Assembly (NCBI GenBank): GCA_937922745.1
Contig: CALAJO010000005.1
Span: forward strand, 1,991-65,990
Origin: an uncultured cyanobacterium
GTDB lineage: Bacteria > Cyanobacteriota > Vampirovibrionia > Vampirovibrionales > JAGQHJ01
Length of the DNA: 64,000 nucleotides
Direction: 5' to 3'
The position numbers and the translations under genes were made by a program. A model generated the notes under the pieces. It saw only the letters and a list, made by a program, of their open reading frames with translations. It ran no database searches and had not been told where the DNA came from. Position 1 is the stretch's first letter. Each line of letters opens with the position of its first letter. This document shows, piece by piece, positions 1 through 10,209 of this stretch.

Positions 1-1753
1 TGATGCCCTGGTATTTTTAATTGGTACGGAACTTCGCCCGACACAGATTATTGACGAACGGTTGACGGAAGAGGCCCGGGATACGGCAGCATCCCGTGTT
101 GAGCCTGTAATTGAGGTTTTTCCCCAGGGGAACATTATTGTGCGCAAAGGGGAAAAAATAAATGACGTGCAGATTGCCGCATTGCAACAACAGGGAAACC
201 TTTTTGCCAAGAACCGATTTCTGGCCGTCGTGGGGGTTTCCATTCTCACCGTCAGCCTGCTGTCCATTGTCTGGATTTACCTGTACCGCTTTGAGCATAG
301 CAACTTCTTTAAACCGGCCTATGCCGGCTTGCTGGCAACCCTTATGGTGGCTTCCACTGCCGGGCTGACCTTACTGTTGGACTTGCAACCCAACCTGGCG
401 ATAGAACTCTTTCCCGTCGGGATAATGTCCCTGATGCTGTGCATCTTTACTCATCCGCGTATCGCCATCCTCACCTCCATGATTGTACTACTGCTTTGCG
501 GGATTACGTTGAAGCTGCCGCTGGAGTCCTTATCGGTTCTAGTGATATCTTCACTGGTTGGGATTTTTGTTCTTTCCCGCAAGCCCATCCCCAAGGATCG
601 CAATGATATTATCCTGGCGGGTTTGGGTATTGGGCTCAGCCGAGGCATTGTCATCCTTGCTATCAGCCTGATCTACGACTCCTACGCCCAAATTTCCGAC
701 TTAAGCCTGATGTACCGTGCCTGGGTCGGAATTCTCTCCGGGGTATTTACCGGAATTATCACGCTGGGCGCCCTGCCGATCGTGGAAAACTGGTTCAAGC
801 TGGTTACGCCGTATACCCTGCTGGAGCTGGGCAATCATGACAAGCCATTGTTGCGGCGGATGCAGATGGAAGCGCCCGGCACATTTCACCACAGCCTAAT
901 GGTGGCAACCCTGGCGGAAGCCGCCGCTGAAGCGATAGAAGCGAATCCCATCCTGGCCCGCGTTGGGGCACTCTACCACGATATCGGTAAGATGAAGCGC
1001 CCGTTGTTCTTCGTGGAGAACCAGGCCTATTTTGGTGTTGAAAACCCGCATGACAAGTTAACCCCTCGCCTCAGCAAGATGGTGGTAACCGCCCACCCCC
1101 GTGATGGGGTTGAAATGGCGAAACAATGGGGCCTGCCCAAAGTGATTGCCCGCTTTATGCCGGAACATCATGGAACCCTGACGGCCGGTTATTTTTATAA
1201 CAAGGCCGTGCTGGAAGAAGGGGAAGAAAACGTCAACAAGGCCCAATTCCGTTATCCGGGGCCCAAGCCTCAATCCAAGGAAACCGCTATTGTTATGCTG
1301 GCTGACGCCTGTGAGTCAGCCGTTCGAGCCTTGAAGAACCCTACGCTGGCCCAGGTTGAGGAACGGGTGGATAAAATCATTAAGCAACGTGTGGATGACG
1401 CCCAGTTTAACGAATGCGCGATTACCTTCCAGGATATCCAGGTTGTTCGGGATACGTTTATTCGCATTCTCCGTGGGATTCAGCACAACCGAATTGAATA
1501 CCAGCAGAATGTCCTGGCAGAGCTGGGCAAAAAACCCGGCCAAGACGCCAAGTTGCTGGCCCAGGGACTAAAAACGATTCCGGAGCAGCAGCCCACTGTT
1601 GCGCCGGTTTCCGTGCTGCCACTTGCCGCGGTAAAGGAGCAAAACGGCCAACCTGGGAACGGTCATAGCGGCGACCCGTTAATCGAGCTGGATTCCCTGG
1701 CGGATGCCAATAAACAGCAGCCCGATCAGGAACCGGGGCCAAGCTGTTGCTGA
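1..1753 (+). CDS. pgpH: 7TM receptor with intracellular HD hydrolase (PgpH/YqfF-like, probable c-di-AMP phosphodiesterase); 5' end lies outside the window
   Basis: Reading frame is open to nt 2 with no stop, so the gene is probably truncated at the window edge. Multi-TM N-terminal half followed by an HD domain with motif LYHDIGK. Conserved gene order with ybeY and dgkA downstream. Confidence 0.8.
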   Translation, partial: DALVFLIGTELRPTQIIDERLTEEARDTAASRVEPVIEVFPQGNIIVRKGEKINDVQIAALQQQGNLFAKNRFLAVVGVSILTVSLLSIVWIYLYRFEHSNFFKPAYAGLLATLMVASTAGLTLLLDLQPNLAIELFPVGIMSLMLCIFTHPRIAILTSMIVLLLCGITLKLPLESLSVLVISSLVGIFVLSRKPIPKDRNDIILAGLGIGLSRGIVILAISLIYDSYAQISDLSLMYRAWVGILSGVFTGIITLGALPIVENWFKLVTPYTLLELGNHDKPLLRRMQMEAPGTFHHSLMVATLAEAAAEAIEANPILARVGALYHDIGKMKRPLFFVENQAYFGVENPHDKLTPRLSKMVVTAHPRDGVEMAKQWGLPKVIARFMPEHHGTLTAGYFYNKAVLEEGEENVNKAQFRYPGPKPQSKETAIVMLADACESAVRALKNPTLAQVEERVDKIIKQRVDDAQFNECAITFQDIQVVRDTFIRILRGIQHNRIEYQQNVLAELGKKPGQDAKLLAQGLKTIPEQQPTVAPVSVLPLAAVKEQNGQPGNGHSGDPLIELDSLADANKQQPDQEPGPSCC

Positions 1754-2349
1754 ATTTATCCGAATCCTTTTCTACGACGATTCCGTTAAACGAGCCTGGC
1801 AGCCTAAACTGCGATTTTTCCATCTCTGAAACCCTGTTGGAAAAACTGCCTGATGAAGCCCGGCACATCAACGTGGTTGTACTGGAAAAGATGCCCTCGC
1901 TTTGGGCGCACTTGTCCAGGCAGATTGAGGAAAACCGTTGGGTTCAGCTCATCAGCACCGTAGAACAAACCTTTAACCTTAGCCTGATCCTGGTTTCCGA
2001 TGAGGAGATCCGGGCGATGAACCGGGAATATCGGAATAAAGACGAGGCCACCGACGTGTTAACCTTTACCCTGCTGGAGGAAACCGCCGAGGAAAGCGGC
2101 ATGGCCATGTTGCCGGAGCTGGATCTGGGGGAAATTTATATTTCCGTGGAATGGGCGAAAGCCGCTATTTGTAAAGAAAACGCAGCGATTTCAGACAATC
2201 CGCTCAACTTTTATCATGGACTGACGTTATTTATACTGGAGCGGATCACCCATGGTTGCCTCCATCTCTTAGGGGTACACCATGATACGATGGCATCCTA
2301 TAATAAAGTGGTAGCAATTCAACAAGCGGTGCTGAATGCCCTCTACTGA
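1747..2349 (+). CDS. ybeY: rRNA maturation endoribonuclease YbeY
   Basis: UPF0054 signature DEATDVLTF and zinc site HGCLHLLGVHHD. Start is uncertain: the track uses a TTG at 1747 overlapping the pgpH stop; the first ATG is at 1891. Confidence 0.85.
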   Translation: MLNLSESFSTTIPLNEPGSLNCDFSISETLLEKLPDEARHINVVVLEKMPSLWAHLSRQIEENRWVQLISTVEQTFNLSLILVSDEEIRAMNREYRNKDEATDVLTFTLLEETAEESGMAMLPELDLGEIYISVEWAKAAICKENAAISDNPLNFYHGLTLFILERITHGCLHLLGVHHDTMASYNKVVAIQQAVLNALY

Positions 2350-2824
2350 AAATCCGACAATCCAAGCCATAGACCTGGATGATAAGCCGACCGTCATACC
2401 GGGAGGCCGATTTATTTCCACTCGCCGCGATTTGCGGGCCGGGTTCAAGGCGCATAACATTCTTGCCAGCTTTGGCTATGCCTTCGAAGGCTTGTTATAT
2501 GCCACCCGAACCCAGCGAAACTTCAGGATCCATTTGTGCATTACCATTGTGGCCTTTACCTTGGCCTTGCTGTTGCATATTACACTAATTGAAATGGCAG
2601 TGCTGGCCATTGTCATCGGCATTGTGCTGTTTGCCGAACTCGCAAACACCACTATCGAACTGTTTGTGGATATGCTGACCGAAGGCCGCTACGATATCCG
2701 CGCCAAGGCCATCAAGGATATGGCTGCCGGCGCCGTTCTGATCACCGCAATTAGCGCATTAACCTGCGGCGTCTGCATTTTTGTGCCGTATCTCAGCGCG
2801 TTGTTTATTTCCACTGGGAATTAG
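2336..2824 (+). CDS. dgkA: diacylglycerol kinase / undecaprenol kinase (DgkA family)
   Basis: Three-TM small protein with DgkA-like motifs (AFEGLLYA...ELANTTIE...AKDMAAGAV). Third gene of the pgpH-ybeY-dgkA order. Its 3' end overlaps the convergent minus-strand ORF by 66 nt. Confidence 0.8.
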   Translation: MPSTENPTIQAIDLDDKPTVIPGGRFISTRRDLRAGFKAHNILASFGYAFEGLLYATRTQRNFRIHLCITIVAFTLALLLHITLIEMAVLAIVIGIVLFAELANTTIELFVDMLTEGRYDIRAKAIKDMAAGAVLITAISALTCGVCIFVPYLSALFISTGN

Positions 2825-4063
2825 AGCATTATTTACTTTGAGTTCGTTTGCCAGCCAGTTTGCTGAAGCCAACCCTGGATTATGAACTTGCCCGACAATG
2901 GGTTCTCTCCGATTTCCATCCGGCAGCACTTGCACCTGGTTATTGCTATCAACTGTGTAAAGTGACACTTGACTCTTATGCCTGATGTTAAAATAGACAT
3001 CACGCCATTCCGGATGTTGTTTTGCGAGTTCCGCATCCAGCCAGTTTAACGCCACCATCTGATGAAATGAAAGCAGGCAACCTTCGGTAATGTCAAACAC
3101 TTCAGGCCAGCTGTTATATTGCTTGTAACGCTTAATCTCATCAATTTGCCAAGCTTTGGCCAAAACATTCCAGAGAACGCTTCCCTCAAACCGAGCATTT
3201 ACCGAAGGCATTGCTTCGACTTCATCGTCATAAACATCTGCTTTGCCATCACCTGTAACATCATATCCCTGCTGAACCTTAGTTACGGTAAAGGAGCCTT
3301 GTGCCCAATCTGTAATTAAGCCATCATCCTGGCTGTAAAATGCCGGTTTGCCATTGATACCCGTAGCACCAATTACTTTCGCACCGTCGACAATCCCAAG
3401 TAAATTAAATTTCTGCCAATTGCCACCAGCCCCAGGTAACACAACGGTTCGACCTTTCCAGATTAATTGTTGTAGCGCCTGGATGCCTTTATATAGTTCC
3501 CGCTGGAAAGGTTCAACACTGATAGACAAAACATGTCCAAGGGCATTTCTTTTTTGATGCACTGTCTCGCGGGAATTGGTTATAATTTTGTAATAAGGCT
3601 GTGCGTACGGTGCCAAAATAGCACACTGCAATAAAAGGATAGCACCTCTTTTATGTGGTGCTTCCAAATCCCGGGCAACTTTTTTCAATTGCTCAGGAAG
3701 CTCCTTGTAATCCCCTTTCAAATTCAAACCAAAAACCTGCGCCATCGGATTCTTCTGAAGTATCAACCGACTATACAGTTCACCGGAGGTAATATCCATT
3801 TTTCCATCCTGGTTGATATCCATATCCTTTTCGCTAAAATTGCTCAAAATGGCAACTTGAGGTCTCGACGAATCCATATTGAACACTCGGCCAGCCCATT
3901 TTTTTAGGGCCTCAAAAACCAATTTCCCTGGCTTCGCATCTTCCGGCAAGTCCATCACAATCCAGCCATCCTGATTGACACGTTTTATGGGGCGTACGCC
4001 AAATCGAGGCGGCTGTGACAAGCCCACTTTATGAGCGTAATCGGTTATCAATGTATTCCACAT
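2759..4063 (-). CDS. hypothetical protein with EF-hand-like Asp-rich calcium-binding loops
   Basis: 434-aa ORF in an AT-richer patch. Loops DINQDGKMD and TGDGKADVYDDE resemble EF-hand/FG-GAP Ca-binding loops. No signal peptide and no recognisable catalytic motif. Confidence 0.45.
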   Translation of the reverse strand: MWNTLITDYAHKVGLSQPPRFGVRPIKRVNQDGWIVMDLPEDAKPGKLVFEALKKWAGRVFNMDSSRPQVAILSNFSEKDMDINQDGKMDITSGELYSRLILQKNPMAQVFGLNLKGDYKELPEQLKKVARDLEAPHKRGAILLLQCAILAPYAQPYYKIITNSRETVHQKRNALGHVLSISVEPFQRELYKGIQALQQLIWKGRTVVLPGAGGNWQKFNLLGIVDGAKVIGATGINGKPAFYSQDDGLITDWAQGSFTVTKVQQGYDVTGDGKADVYDDEVEAMPSVNARFEGSVLWNVLAKAWQIDEIKRYKQYNSWPEVFDITEGCLLSFHQMVALNWLDAELAKQHPEWRDVYFNIRHKSQVSLYTVDSNNQVQVLPDGNRREPIVGQVHNPGLASANWLANELKVNNALIPSGNKQRAEIRHKNADAAG

Positions 4064-4197
4064 GGCAACTATACTGGCAGACTAATAGTGAGTATCATTC
4101 ATGCAAGAATAAGGGAGACAGAGTTAAAAAGCTAGATGTTAGGATTTGAACCTATTCCTGATTACGATAATCGTTAAGGGGCAGTACCACGGTTCAT

Positions 4198-4226
4198 TTG
4201 ACATTGCGCTTTTAACCCACTAAAAT
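4198..4226 (+). promoter_or_regulatory. sigma70-type promoter for tRNA-Cys (TTGACA-17-TAAAAT)
   Basis: Perfect -35 TTGACA at 4198-4203, 17-nt spacer, -10 TAAAAT at 4221-4226, about 11 nt upstream of the tRNA 5' end. Confidence 0.6.
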
Positions 4227-4237
4227 CGAGTGTTCAA

Positions 4238-4309
4238 GGCGACATGGCCAAGTGGTAAGGCAGGAGTCTGCAAAACTCCCACTCCCCAGTTCGAATCTGG
4301 GTGTCGCCT
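4238..4309 (+). tRNA. tRNA-Cys (anticodon GCA)
   Basis: Cloverleaf traced by hand: acceptor GGCGACA/TGTCGCC, anticodon stem GGAGT/ACTCC with loop CTGCAAA (anticodon GCA), T-arm CCCAG-TTCGAATC-CTGGG. CCA is not encoded. Confidence 0.9.
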
Positions 4310-4494
4310 TTCTTCTCTCCCAAAGGGGTTCAGTCTTTCACATTTTACTTTCAACAGTACTTTGTTGCATTCATGTAGCAACAGCGTTCAATATTTCTCA
4401 ATAATAAATAAACCACACTGTCCGGCCAAACAAGATGAATGGGTAAGGGCAAAACAAGAACTGAATTGACTGGCACTGCGGCTATCTTTTGGCT

Positions 4495-6066
4495 TCACTT
4501 TGCAAGGGGATTGTTTTTGGGATGGTACACGGCAAATTGGTACCCTGGCGGCGTACTCTCGATCGGTATCCCGAAGAGTCGGGGCTTATGCTGGACAAAG
4601 AAGTGGCGCTGCAATGGGTGGTTGTCGATCGCGTCGGCCGGCTTAAAATCCAGGTAGTTCTGCTGTTTTACCAAGAGAGCATTCGAGTACTTGTGCCCAC
4701 TCACTTTGGGATAGGTTTGCGGACCTTCATAAATAAACATTTGCTGGTAATTCTCGGAAAGTACCCATAGCGTGCGGGAAATGCCGATGGGGCGATCCGT
4801 GGTCGATTCAACTTCCCGGAAAACCTGCCTGGCTTGCTGAAGCGACATGCCATGCTGAAGAAAACCGGGGAATGCCAACGTGGTCCAGATAAATCCAATC
4901 GTCGTCAAAGAGAGCATCAGCAGGCCGGTTGTCTGCAACAGCGTACGGTATTTTGTTTCACTTTGGGTCAGATGCAAGAGGGTGTAGAGGCAAACCCCAA
5001 AGAGTACTGGCGTAAACAGAAAGAGGTTATAGCTGCTAAACGGAGTACGGACGCAGGACATATACACTAAGGCAAATATGCCGGTTGCAAACAGCCCGAG
5101 GCAAATCGGCAAAGCAATTTGTCCCTGGTAATGACGCCACCAGTAAAATCCTGAAACGGCGGAAAAAATCGCCACTAATCCGTAAAACGTCATTCGGCTT
5201 TTGAGAAAGTAATAATGAACCAGGTCTTTTAAAGGGGGCAGCATACCATACCGCTGGAAGGCATTTTCGCTTTGGTAGGCTGCATGCGCTTTGGTCCCCA
5301 GAAGGGTTTCCATGATGCCGTAAGGGCTGGCAAGCAATAGAACTATCAGAAAACAAACAAGACTTACACTATACACCATACCTAATGACTTCAAAAAGTC
5401 TTTTCCCTTCTGGAACAGGCTGAAATAGCCGCCAATTAAAAATGCAAAGACCACAGCGCCCCAGGCTTGTGTCGCGCCCATGAGCCCCAACAACAGGCCC
5501 AGCAGGATAGGCAAGTAAAGGGATCGGTGACGAAAGAAAAAAGGCAGCAGGCAAGCAATGGCTATAAGCAGCGTGGCCAAGGCTTCTGGCCGACCGTCGT
5601 TTTGGCCGGTAAACCGGCTGCCCATACCGATTAGACACAAACAAACCATCAGGAAGCCAAAACCGGAAAGGGTTCTTCGAGGAGATGCCGCAAGTGCAAT
5701 TCGGTAAAAGAGAAACGCACAAATCGCCAGGGTCAAGCTATTCAAAACCGCAATGCCGACAAACGCGCTTTGCGGCGTCGCATCCTGCATCAAAAGGCTC
5801 AAAACCACCGGGAACAAGGGAACATAGTACACAAACCGATAGCCTGTTTGCAGCCCAATATCCAACGGCAAATCATAGATCTCATTCACCAGGCCCAGGC
5901 CCTGTTTAAACTGGATAGCCGTTGGAATAAAGGCCACGGCATCCGCTCCGGGAAGGGGATAACCGGTATAACCGAACGTAATTAACAATGTTGCCAGGCT
6001 AATAACCAGGACAGCGATGCTTGCCGTAAAAAGCACTTTTGGCTGAATCACGCGTTTAAGCCTCAC
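4495..6066 (-). CDS. polytopic membrane protein, GT-C-like (ArnT/PMT-type) putative glycosyltransferase
   Basis: 523 aa with 10 or more predicted TM helices, an Asp-containing first loop (YDLPLDIG) and a C-terminal soluble domain. Assignment is by architecture only. Confidence 0.5.
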   Translation of the reverse strand: MRLKRVIQPKVLFTASIAVLVISLATLLITFGYTGYPLPGADAVAFIPTAIQFKQGLGLVNEIYDLPLDIGLQTGYRFVYYVPLFPVVLSLLMQDATPQSAFVGIAVLNSLTLAICAFLFYRIALAASPRRTLSGFGFLMVCLCLIGMGSRFTGQNDGRPEALATLLIAIACLLPFFFRHRSLYLPILLGLLLGLMGATQAWGAVVFAFLIGGYFSLFQKGKDFLKSLGMVYSVSLVCFLIVLLLASPYGIMETLLGTKAHAAYQSENAFQRYGMLPPLKDLVHYYFLKSRMTFYGLVAIFSAVSGFYWWRHYQGQIALPICLGLFATGIFALVYMSCVRTPFSSYNLFLFTPVLFGVCLYTLLHLTQSETKYRTLLQTTGLLMLSLTTIGFIWTTLAFPGFLQHGMSLQQARQVFREVESTTDRPIGISRTLWVLSENYQQMFIYEGPQTYPKVSGHKYSNALLVKQQNYLDFKPADAIDNHPLQRHFFVQHKPRLFGIPIESTPPGYQFAVYHPKNNPLAK

Positions 6067-6146
6067 CTCATCCTACAACAGTAAGCGGGAGAAACACAGG
6101 TATCGTTTTCCATTATAGAGGCTTTTTGTAGTGGCCCTGCAAATCG

Positions 6147-7265
6147 TTACCGCAGATGCTCCCAATGGAGGACACTGTCTTCCGCCATGGGGAGGGTGAG
6201 GGTTTTCCCGATAACCGCTTCCAGTTGGGCCGGTGAAATGCCTGTTCCAGGACGCTTGATGGCCAGGTCATTCAGGGAGAGCTGATGTCCGGCCGGCAAA
6301 TCTTTGCGGATAATCAGGCTTTTGCGCGCCTTTGCAATACAATCGCCCTCGATTGGCTGGGGTTGTTTTACCCCATCACCTAGGGCGGACTCAACCTCGC
6401 GAATGGCCTGCATCATGGCCTTCAATTCCGCAGCAGTCAGGGACATTTTATGATCTGGGCCGGGCAGATCCTTGTCTAGCGTGTAATGCTTTTCGATGAT
6501 CCGTGCGCCGAGCGCAACGGCGGCAACTGTGACATTCCAACCCAGCGTATGATCGGAGTAACCGATCAAACAGTTCGGGAAAGCCTGGTCAAGGGTCTGC
6601 AATGCCCTGAGATTAACAGAGTCCGGCGTGGTTGGGTAAGAGCTGACGCAATGGAGCAGAGACAAGGGCAAGTCCGGGTTTTCCTGGCGCAAAGCCGCCT
6701 CGGCCGCTTGCACTTCGGCCAGGGTGGACATGCCGGTGGACAGAATAATCGGCGTGTTCATTCGTCCCAGCATCCGTAGAAAGGGTAAATTAGTCACTTC
6801 GCCGGAAGGGATCTTCAGCATCGGCAATTGCAAATCATGATGCAGGTACTGCGCAGCGACTTCATCAAACGGGGTGCAGAGAAACATGATACCCCTCTGC
6901 GCCGCATAGGCTTGAAGCTCCTTATACGCTTCCTCAGGCAATGTCAGGGAGGCAAGCAGGTCATGCTGGGTCTTGGTCTTCTGGTCCGACAGGGTTTCCG
7001 CCTGGTATGCCGCTAGAGGTGTTTGTTTGGACGCCAGCGTATCAGGGTTGAAAAGTTGGAATTTAACCGCATCGGCTTTGGCTTCAATTGCGGCATCCAC
7101 CAATTCCTTGGCCATGGAAAGATTCCCGTTATGGTTAACCCCGGCCTCCGCAATCACAAAGGTTTTGTCCGTCCCTAAAATTTCGTCCCACTGCAATGCG
7201 GTCTGGCTCATTGTTTTTTCTGCGGGCTGTGAAAGGGTGGCTGGTTGCATTCGCGTCTTCTCCAA
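6147..7265 (-). CDS. NeuB-family nonulosonic acid synthase (legionaminic/pseudaminic/N-acetylneuraminic acid synthase-like)
   Basis: N-terminal AEAGVNHNGNL...DAVKFQ NeuB TIM-barrel signature and a C-terminal SAF-like antifreeze domain. Confidence 0.85.
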   Translation of the reverse strand: MEKTRMQPATLSQPAEKTMSQTALQWDEILGTDKTFVIAEAGVNHNGNLSMAKELVDAAIEAKADAVKFQLFNPDTLASKQTPLAAYQAETLSDQKTKTQHDLLASLTLPEEAYKELQAYAAQRGIMFLCTPFDEVAAQYLHHDLQLPMLKIPSGEVTNLPFLRMLGRMNTPIILSTGMSTLAEVQAAEAALRQENPDLPLSLLHCVSSYPTTPDSVNLRALQTLDQAFPNCLIGYSDHTLGWNVTVAAVALGARIIEKHYTLDKDLPGPDHKMSLTAAELKAMMQAIREVESALGDGVKQPQPIEGDCIAKARKSLIIRKDLPAGHQLSLNDLAIKRPGTGISPAQLEAVIGKTLTLPMAEDSVLHWEHLR

Positions 7266-7331
7266 ACGTGATACGGTGATAATTATTCTTGATCGTAGGC
7301 CAAGCCAGGCAGGAAGTCCAGGCCACCCTGG

Positions 7332-8075
7332 TTAGCGTAACACCGGCATGGCTTTATCCACACAATCGTCAGACTCTTGCTGGAGCAGAAACTCGGCCAG
7401 TCGCAAGTCAAACAGGGTATCGATATCCACCGCGGCTTCCGGCGGCATTACATATGCATAGACTGGCCCCGCTAAAAAGCCATGGGCATAGGCCTGTTCT
7501 GCTTCAGTGCAGTAGATGGCGCCATTCAGGCAGAAGTTGTGGGCCAGTTGCTGACGATTGGTCTTTTGCTGATCAAAGCCGTGTAAAGCCAGCTCGCCGG
7601 TTTTGGAAACCGTGCCTTGCCAGGAGAGCGGCTTGCCGGGAGAAACACTCACCACGCTAACCGAACCCTTCGCTGCTTGTTGATGATAAAGCTGAAGCGC
7701 CTCATCAATATGCCGAGCAGTCCGTAGTGGCGATGTGGGTTGCAGTAACACCAAGGTGTCTGGATAGGCGGCGTTCGCATCAAGGTACCAATCCAGGAAG
7801 TGGCGGATGACCTGCTGGGTCGTGGCCGTGTCATTCGCAAGCTCCGCCGGGCGCGCTGCAGAGAGCAGTGCGCCATGCGCTTGGGCAACCTCTGCGATTG
7901 CCGCGTCATCCGTCGAAACATACACTGCATCAATCGTTTTGGCCTGCTGCGCCGCTTCGATGGTGTAGGCGATCAGCGGCTTACCACAGAGCGGATGGAT
8001 ATTCTTTCCAGGCAGGCCCTTTGATCCGCCCCGCGCAGGAATCAGCGCAACGGTTTTCACGCTTGGCCTATCCAT
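7332..8075 (-). CDS. CMP-nonulosonic acid synthetase (acylneuraminate cytidylyltransferase family, NeuA/LegF-like)
   Basis: CTP_transf_3 N-terminal motif ALIPARGGSKGLPGKN. Overlaps the upstream aminotransferase gene by 19 nt, indicating an operon. Confidence 0.8.
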   Translation of the reverse strand: MDRPSVKTVALIPARGGSKGLPGKNIHPLCGKPLIAYTIEAAQQAKTIDAVYVSTDDAAIAEVAQAHGALLSAARPAELANDTATTQQVIRHFLDWYLDANAAYPDTLVLLQPTSPLRTARHIDEALQLYHQQAAKGSVSVVSVSPGKPLSWQGTVSKTGELALHGFDQQKTNRQQLAHNFCLNGAIYCTEAEQAYAHGFLAGPVYAYVMPPEAAVDIDTLFDLRLAEFLLQQESDDCVDKAMPVLR

Positions 8076-9253
8076 TGATCCAACACATCCATAACGGATT
8101 GAATGACGCGCGTTTGCTGATCAGGCATCAGTGTAGAGGAGCTGGGGAGGTTAAAGCCATATCGTTGCCAGTGTTCCGCGTTAGGGCAAGGATGCTGGGC
8201 AAAAGGCTGGAATGGTTTCTGCAAATGCCCCGGCTTGAAGAACGGTCGGGACTGGATCTGTTGATCGTTCAACGCCTTCACCATATCCATGGCAGTGTAA
8301 CCGGGCACAGCCTCAGGATTCAGCGCAACACCGTAAAGCCAGTCGGAGCTAATCGCATCCGCGGGCGGCGCAAACCGTAAGAGGGCCGGATGACCGACAA
8401 AAGCCTCGCTATAGCGACGGGCGATATCCTGCCGGTTTTGGACGAAACGGGAAACCTGCTCCAGTTGCGCAACGCCCATGGCGGCCTGGACATTGGTGAG
8501 GCGGTAATTATAGCCTACTTCATCGTGGGAAAAGGTAAGGGCGTCATCCTTGGCCTGGTTGATAAGGTAGTGCGCCCGCTCCATCAAGGCCGTATTCTGG
8601 CTGATGATGAGGCCGCCACCACCGGTTGTCATTGTCTTGTTCCCGTTGAAGCTCAGGCAGCCAATCGTCCCGATTCGGCCGCACGGCTGGCCCTGCCAGT
8701 AGGCTCCCATTGCTTCCGCAGCGTCCTCAATCACCTTCAGGTTATGGCGCGCTGCAACATCAAGGACAGGTTCCATATTCATTGGGTGCCCATAAAGATG
8801 GACGGTGATAATCGCTTTGGTCTTCGGGGTAATCAAGGCTTCCAGCTTCGCCGGGTCAGCATTCCAGTGCGTTGCCTGGGAATCCCAAAATACGGGAGTC
8901 GCCTGGACATAACGGATCACATTAATGGATGAAATAAACGTCAAGCTGGGCACAATCACTTCGTCCCCCGGCTGGACGCCAGCCAGCAAAAGCGCAATAT
9001 GAAGCGCCGCAGTGCCGTTGACGGTTGCGACCGTCCGTTCAACGTTGAAATAATAAGCCATTTCCTGTTCAAAACGGGTTACGTAAGGGCCCACCGACGA
9101 AACCCAGCCGGAATCCAAGGCATCTTTCACATAATTCCAGGTATTGCCTTCCAGACAAGGCTCGGAAAGCGGGATAAAAGGCTGCATCGCCACGGCGTTA
9201 GACATGGTACAGGGCGACCTTTTCGTTGTTTTCCTGGGCCTTAAAGAAATCAA
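8057..9253 (-). CDS. DegT/DnrJ/EryC1/StrS-family PLP-dependent sugar aminotransferase (LegC/PseC-like)
   Basis: Fold-type I aminotransferase with PLP-lysine motif SFNGNKTMTTGGGG and the DegT-like N-terminal region. Confidence 0.85.
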   Translation of the reverse strand: MISLRPRKTTKRSPCTMSNAVAMQPFIPLSEPCLEGNTWNYVKDALDSGWVSSVGPYVTRFEQEMAYYFNVERTVATVNGTAALHIALLLAGVQPGDEVIVPSLTFISSINVIRYVQATPVFWDSQATHWNADPAKLEALITPKTKAIITVHLYGHPMNMEPVLDVAARHNLKVIEDAAEAMGAYWQGQPCGRIGTIGCLSFNGNKTMTTGGGGLIISQNTALMERAHYLINQAKDDALTFSHDEVGYNYRLTNVQAAMGVAQLEQVSRFVQNRQDIARRYSEAFVGHPALLRFAPPADAISSDWLYGVALNPEAVPGYTAMDMVKALNDQQIQSRPFFKPGHLQKPFQPFAQHPCPNAEHWQRYGFNLPSSSTLMPDQQTRVIQSVMDVLDQWIGQA

Positions 9254-10199
9254 CCGTCATTCGCAAGCCTTCTTTCAGGGAGTATTGCGGCGCGTAGTCG
9301 AGGATGGCCTTAGCCTTGTCGATATTCGACCAGAGGCGGAACACTTCACTCTTGTCCGGGCGGAAGCGCTCTTCCTGTTGAACGATATTCAGTTCCCGGC
9401 CCAAAAGATCTTCCACTTCCTTGATCAGGTCGGCAATGCTGATTTCATATCCCGCACCCACGTTGATCACTTGGCCTTCGGCAGCCTTGGTAGCGCCCGC
9501 TTTCAGGAAGCCCTGCACTGTATCCAGGACAAAGTTAAAATCACGCGTCGGCGTCAGGTTGCCTACCCGAACTACCTCGCCAGCCAGGCCCTGGCGGATG
9601 AGGTTGGGAATGATGGCCCGCATAGACTGGCGCGGCCCGTAGGTGTTAAACGGCCTCAGCAGCACCACCGGCAGATCGAACGAGCGGTAGTAGCTCTCCG
9701 CAATCTGATCGGCCCCGATTTTACTTGCGGAGTAGGGAGATTGCCCTTGCAAAGGATGCTGCTCATCAATCGGCACGTATTGGGCAGTGCCGTAAACCTC
9801 GCTGGTAGAAGTCGTCACAACACGCTCAATGTCAAAATCGCGACAGGCGTCCATCACGTTCAGCGTCCCGGTCACATTAGTATCCACATAAGAGCGCGGC
9901 GCAACATAGGAGTAGGGAATCGAAATGAGGGCCGCAAGATGGAACCCGTGGGTGCAACCTTTTACAAAATGGCGCACAAAACCACTATCCCGAACGTCGC
10001 CGGGCATTACCTCAATGGCTTCAAGCACTTCCGGGCTTAGCGTATCCAGCCAACCCCACTGGTTGGAGGAGTTGTAGCGCACCATTGCCTTGACGGACGC
10101 CCCTTCGCGCACCATCATCTCCGTAAGGTGGCTGCCGATAAAACCGCCGGCACCGGTGATAAAGACTTTCTTACCTTCCCAATATCTATTTGTATTCAT
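9198..10199 (-). CDS. NAD-dependent nucleotide-sugar 4,6-dehydratase/epimerase (extended SDR, LegB/RmlB-like)
   Basis: GxxGxxG Rossmann motif ITGAGGFIGSHL and catalytic YxxxK (YSASK). Overlaps the downstream gene by 56 nt. Confidence 0.75.
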   Translation of the reverse strand: MNTNRYWEGKKVFITGAGGFIGSHLTEMMVREGASVKAMVRYNSSNQWGWLDTLSPEVLEAIEVMPGDVRDSGFVRHFVKGCTHGFHLAALISIPYSYVAPRSYVDTNVTGTLNVMDACRDFDIERVVTTSTSEVYGTAQYVPIDEQHPLQGQSPYSASKIGADQIAESYYRSFDLPVVLLRPFNTYGPRQSMRAIIPNLIRQGLAGEVVRVGNLTPTRDFNFVLDTVQGFLKAGATKAAEGQVINVGAGYEISIADLIKEVEDLLGRELNIVQQEERFRPDKSEVFRLWSNIDKAKAILDYAPQYSLKEGLRMTVDFFKAQENNEKVALYHV

Positions 10200-10209
10200 C
10201 GTGATGTGC

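Noticed and set aside
8390-8932. 180-aa plus-strand ORF inside the DegT aminotransferase gene
   Set aside because: It is antisense to a well-supported gene, has no motif, and fits the usual high-GC antisense open-frame artefact.
9144-10040. 298-aa plus-strand ORF antisense to the 4,6-dehydratase gene
   Set aside because: It is fully embedded antisense to a gene with clear SDR motifs and shows no domain signature.
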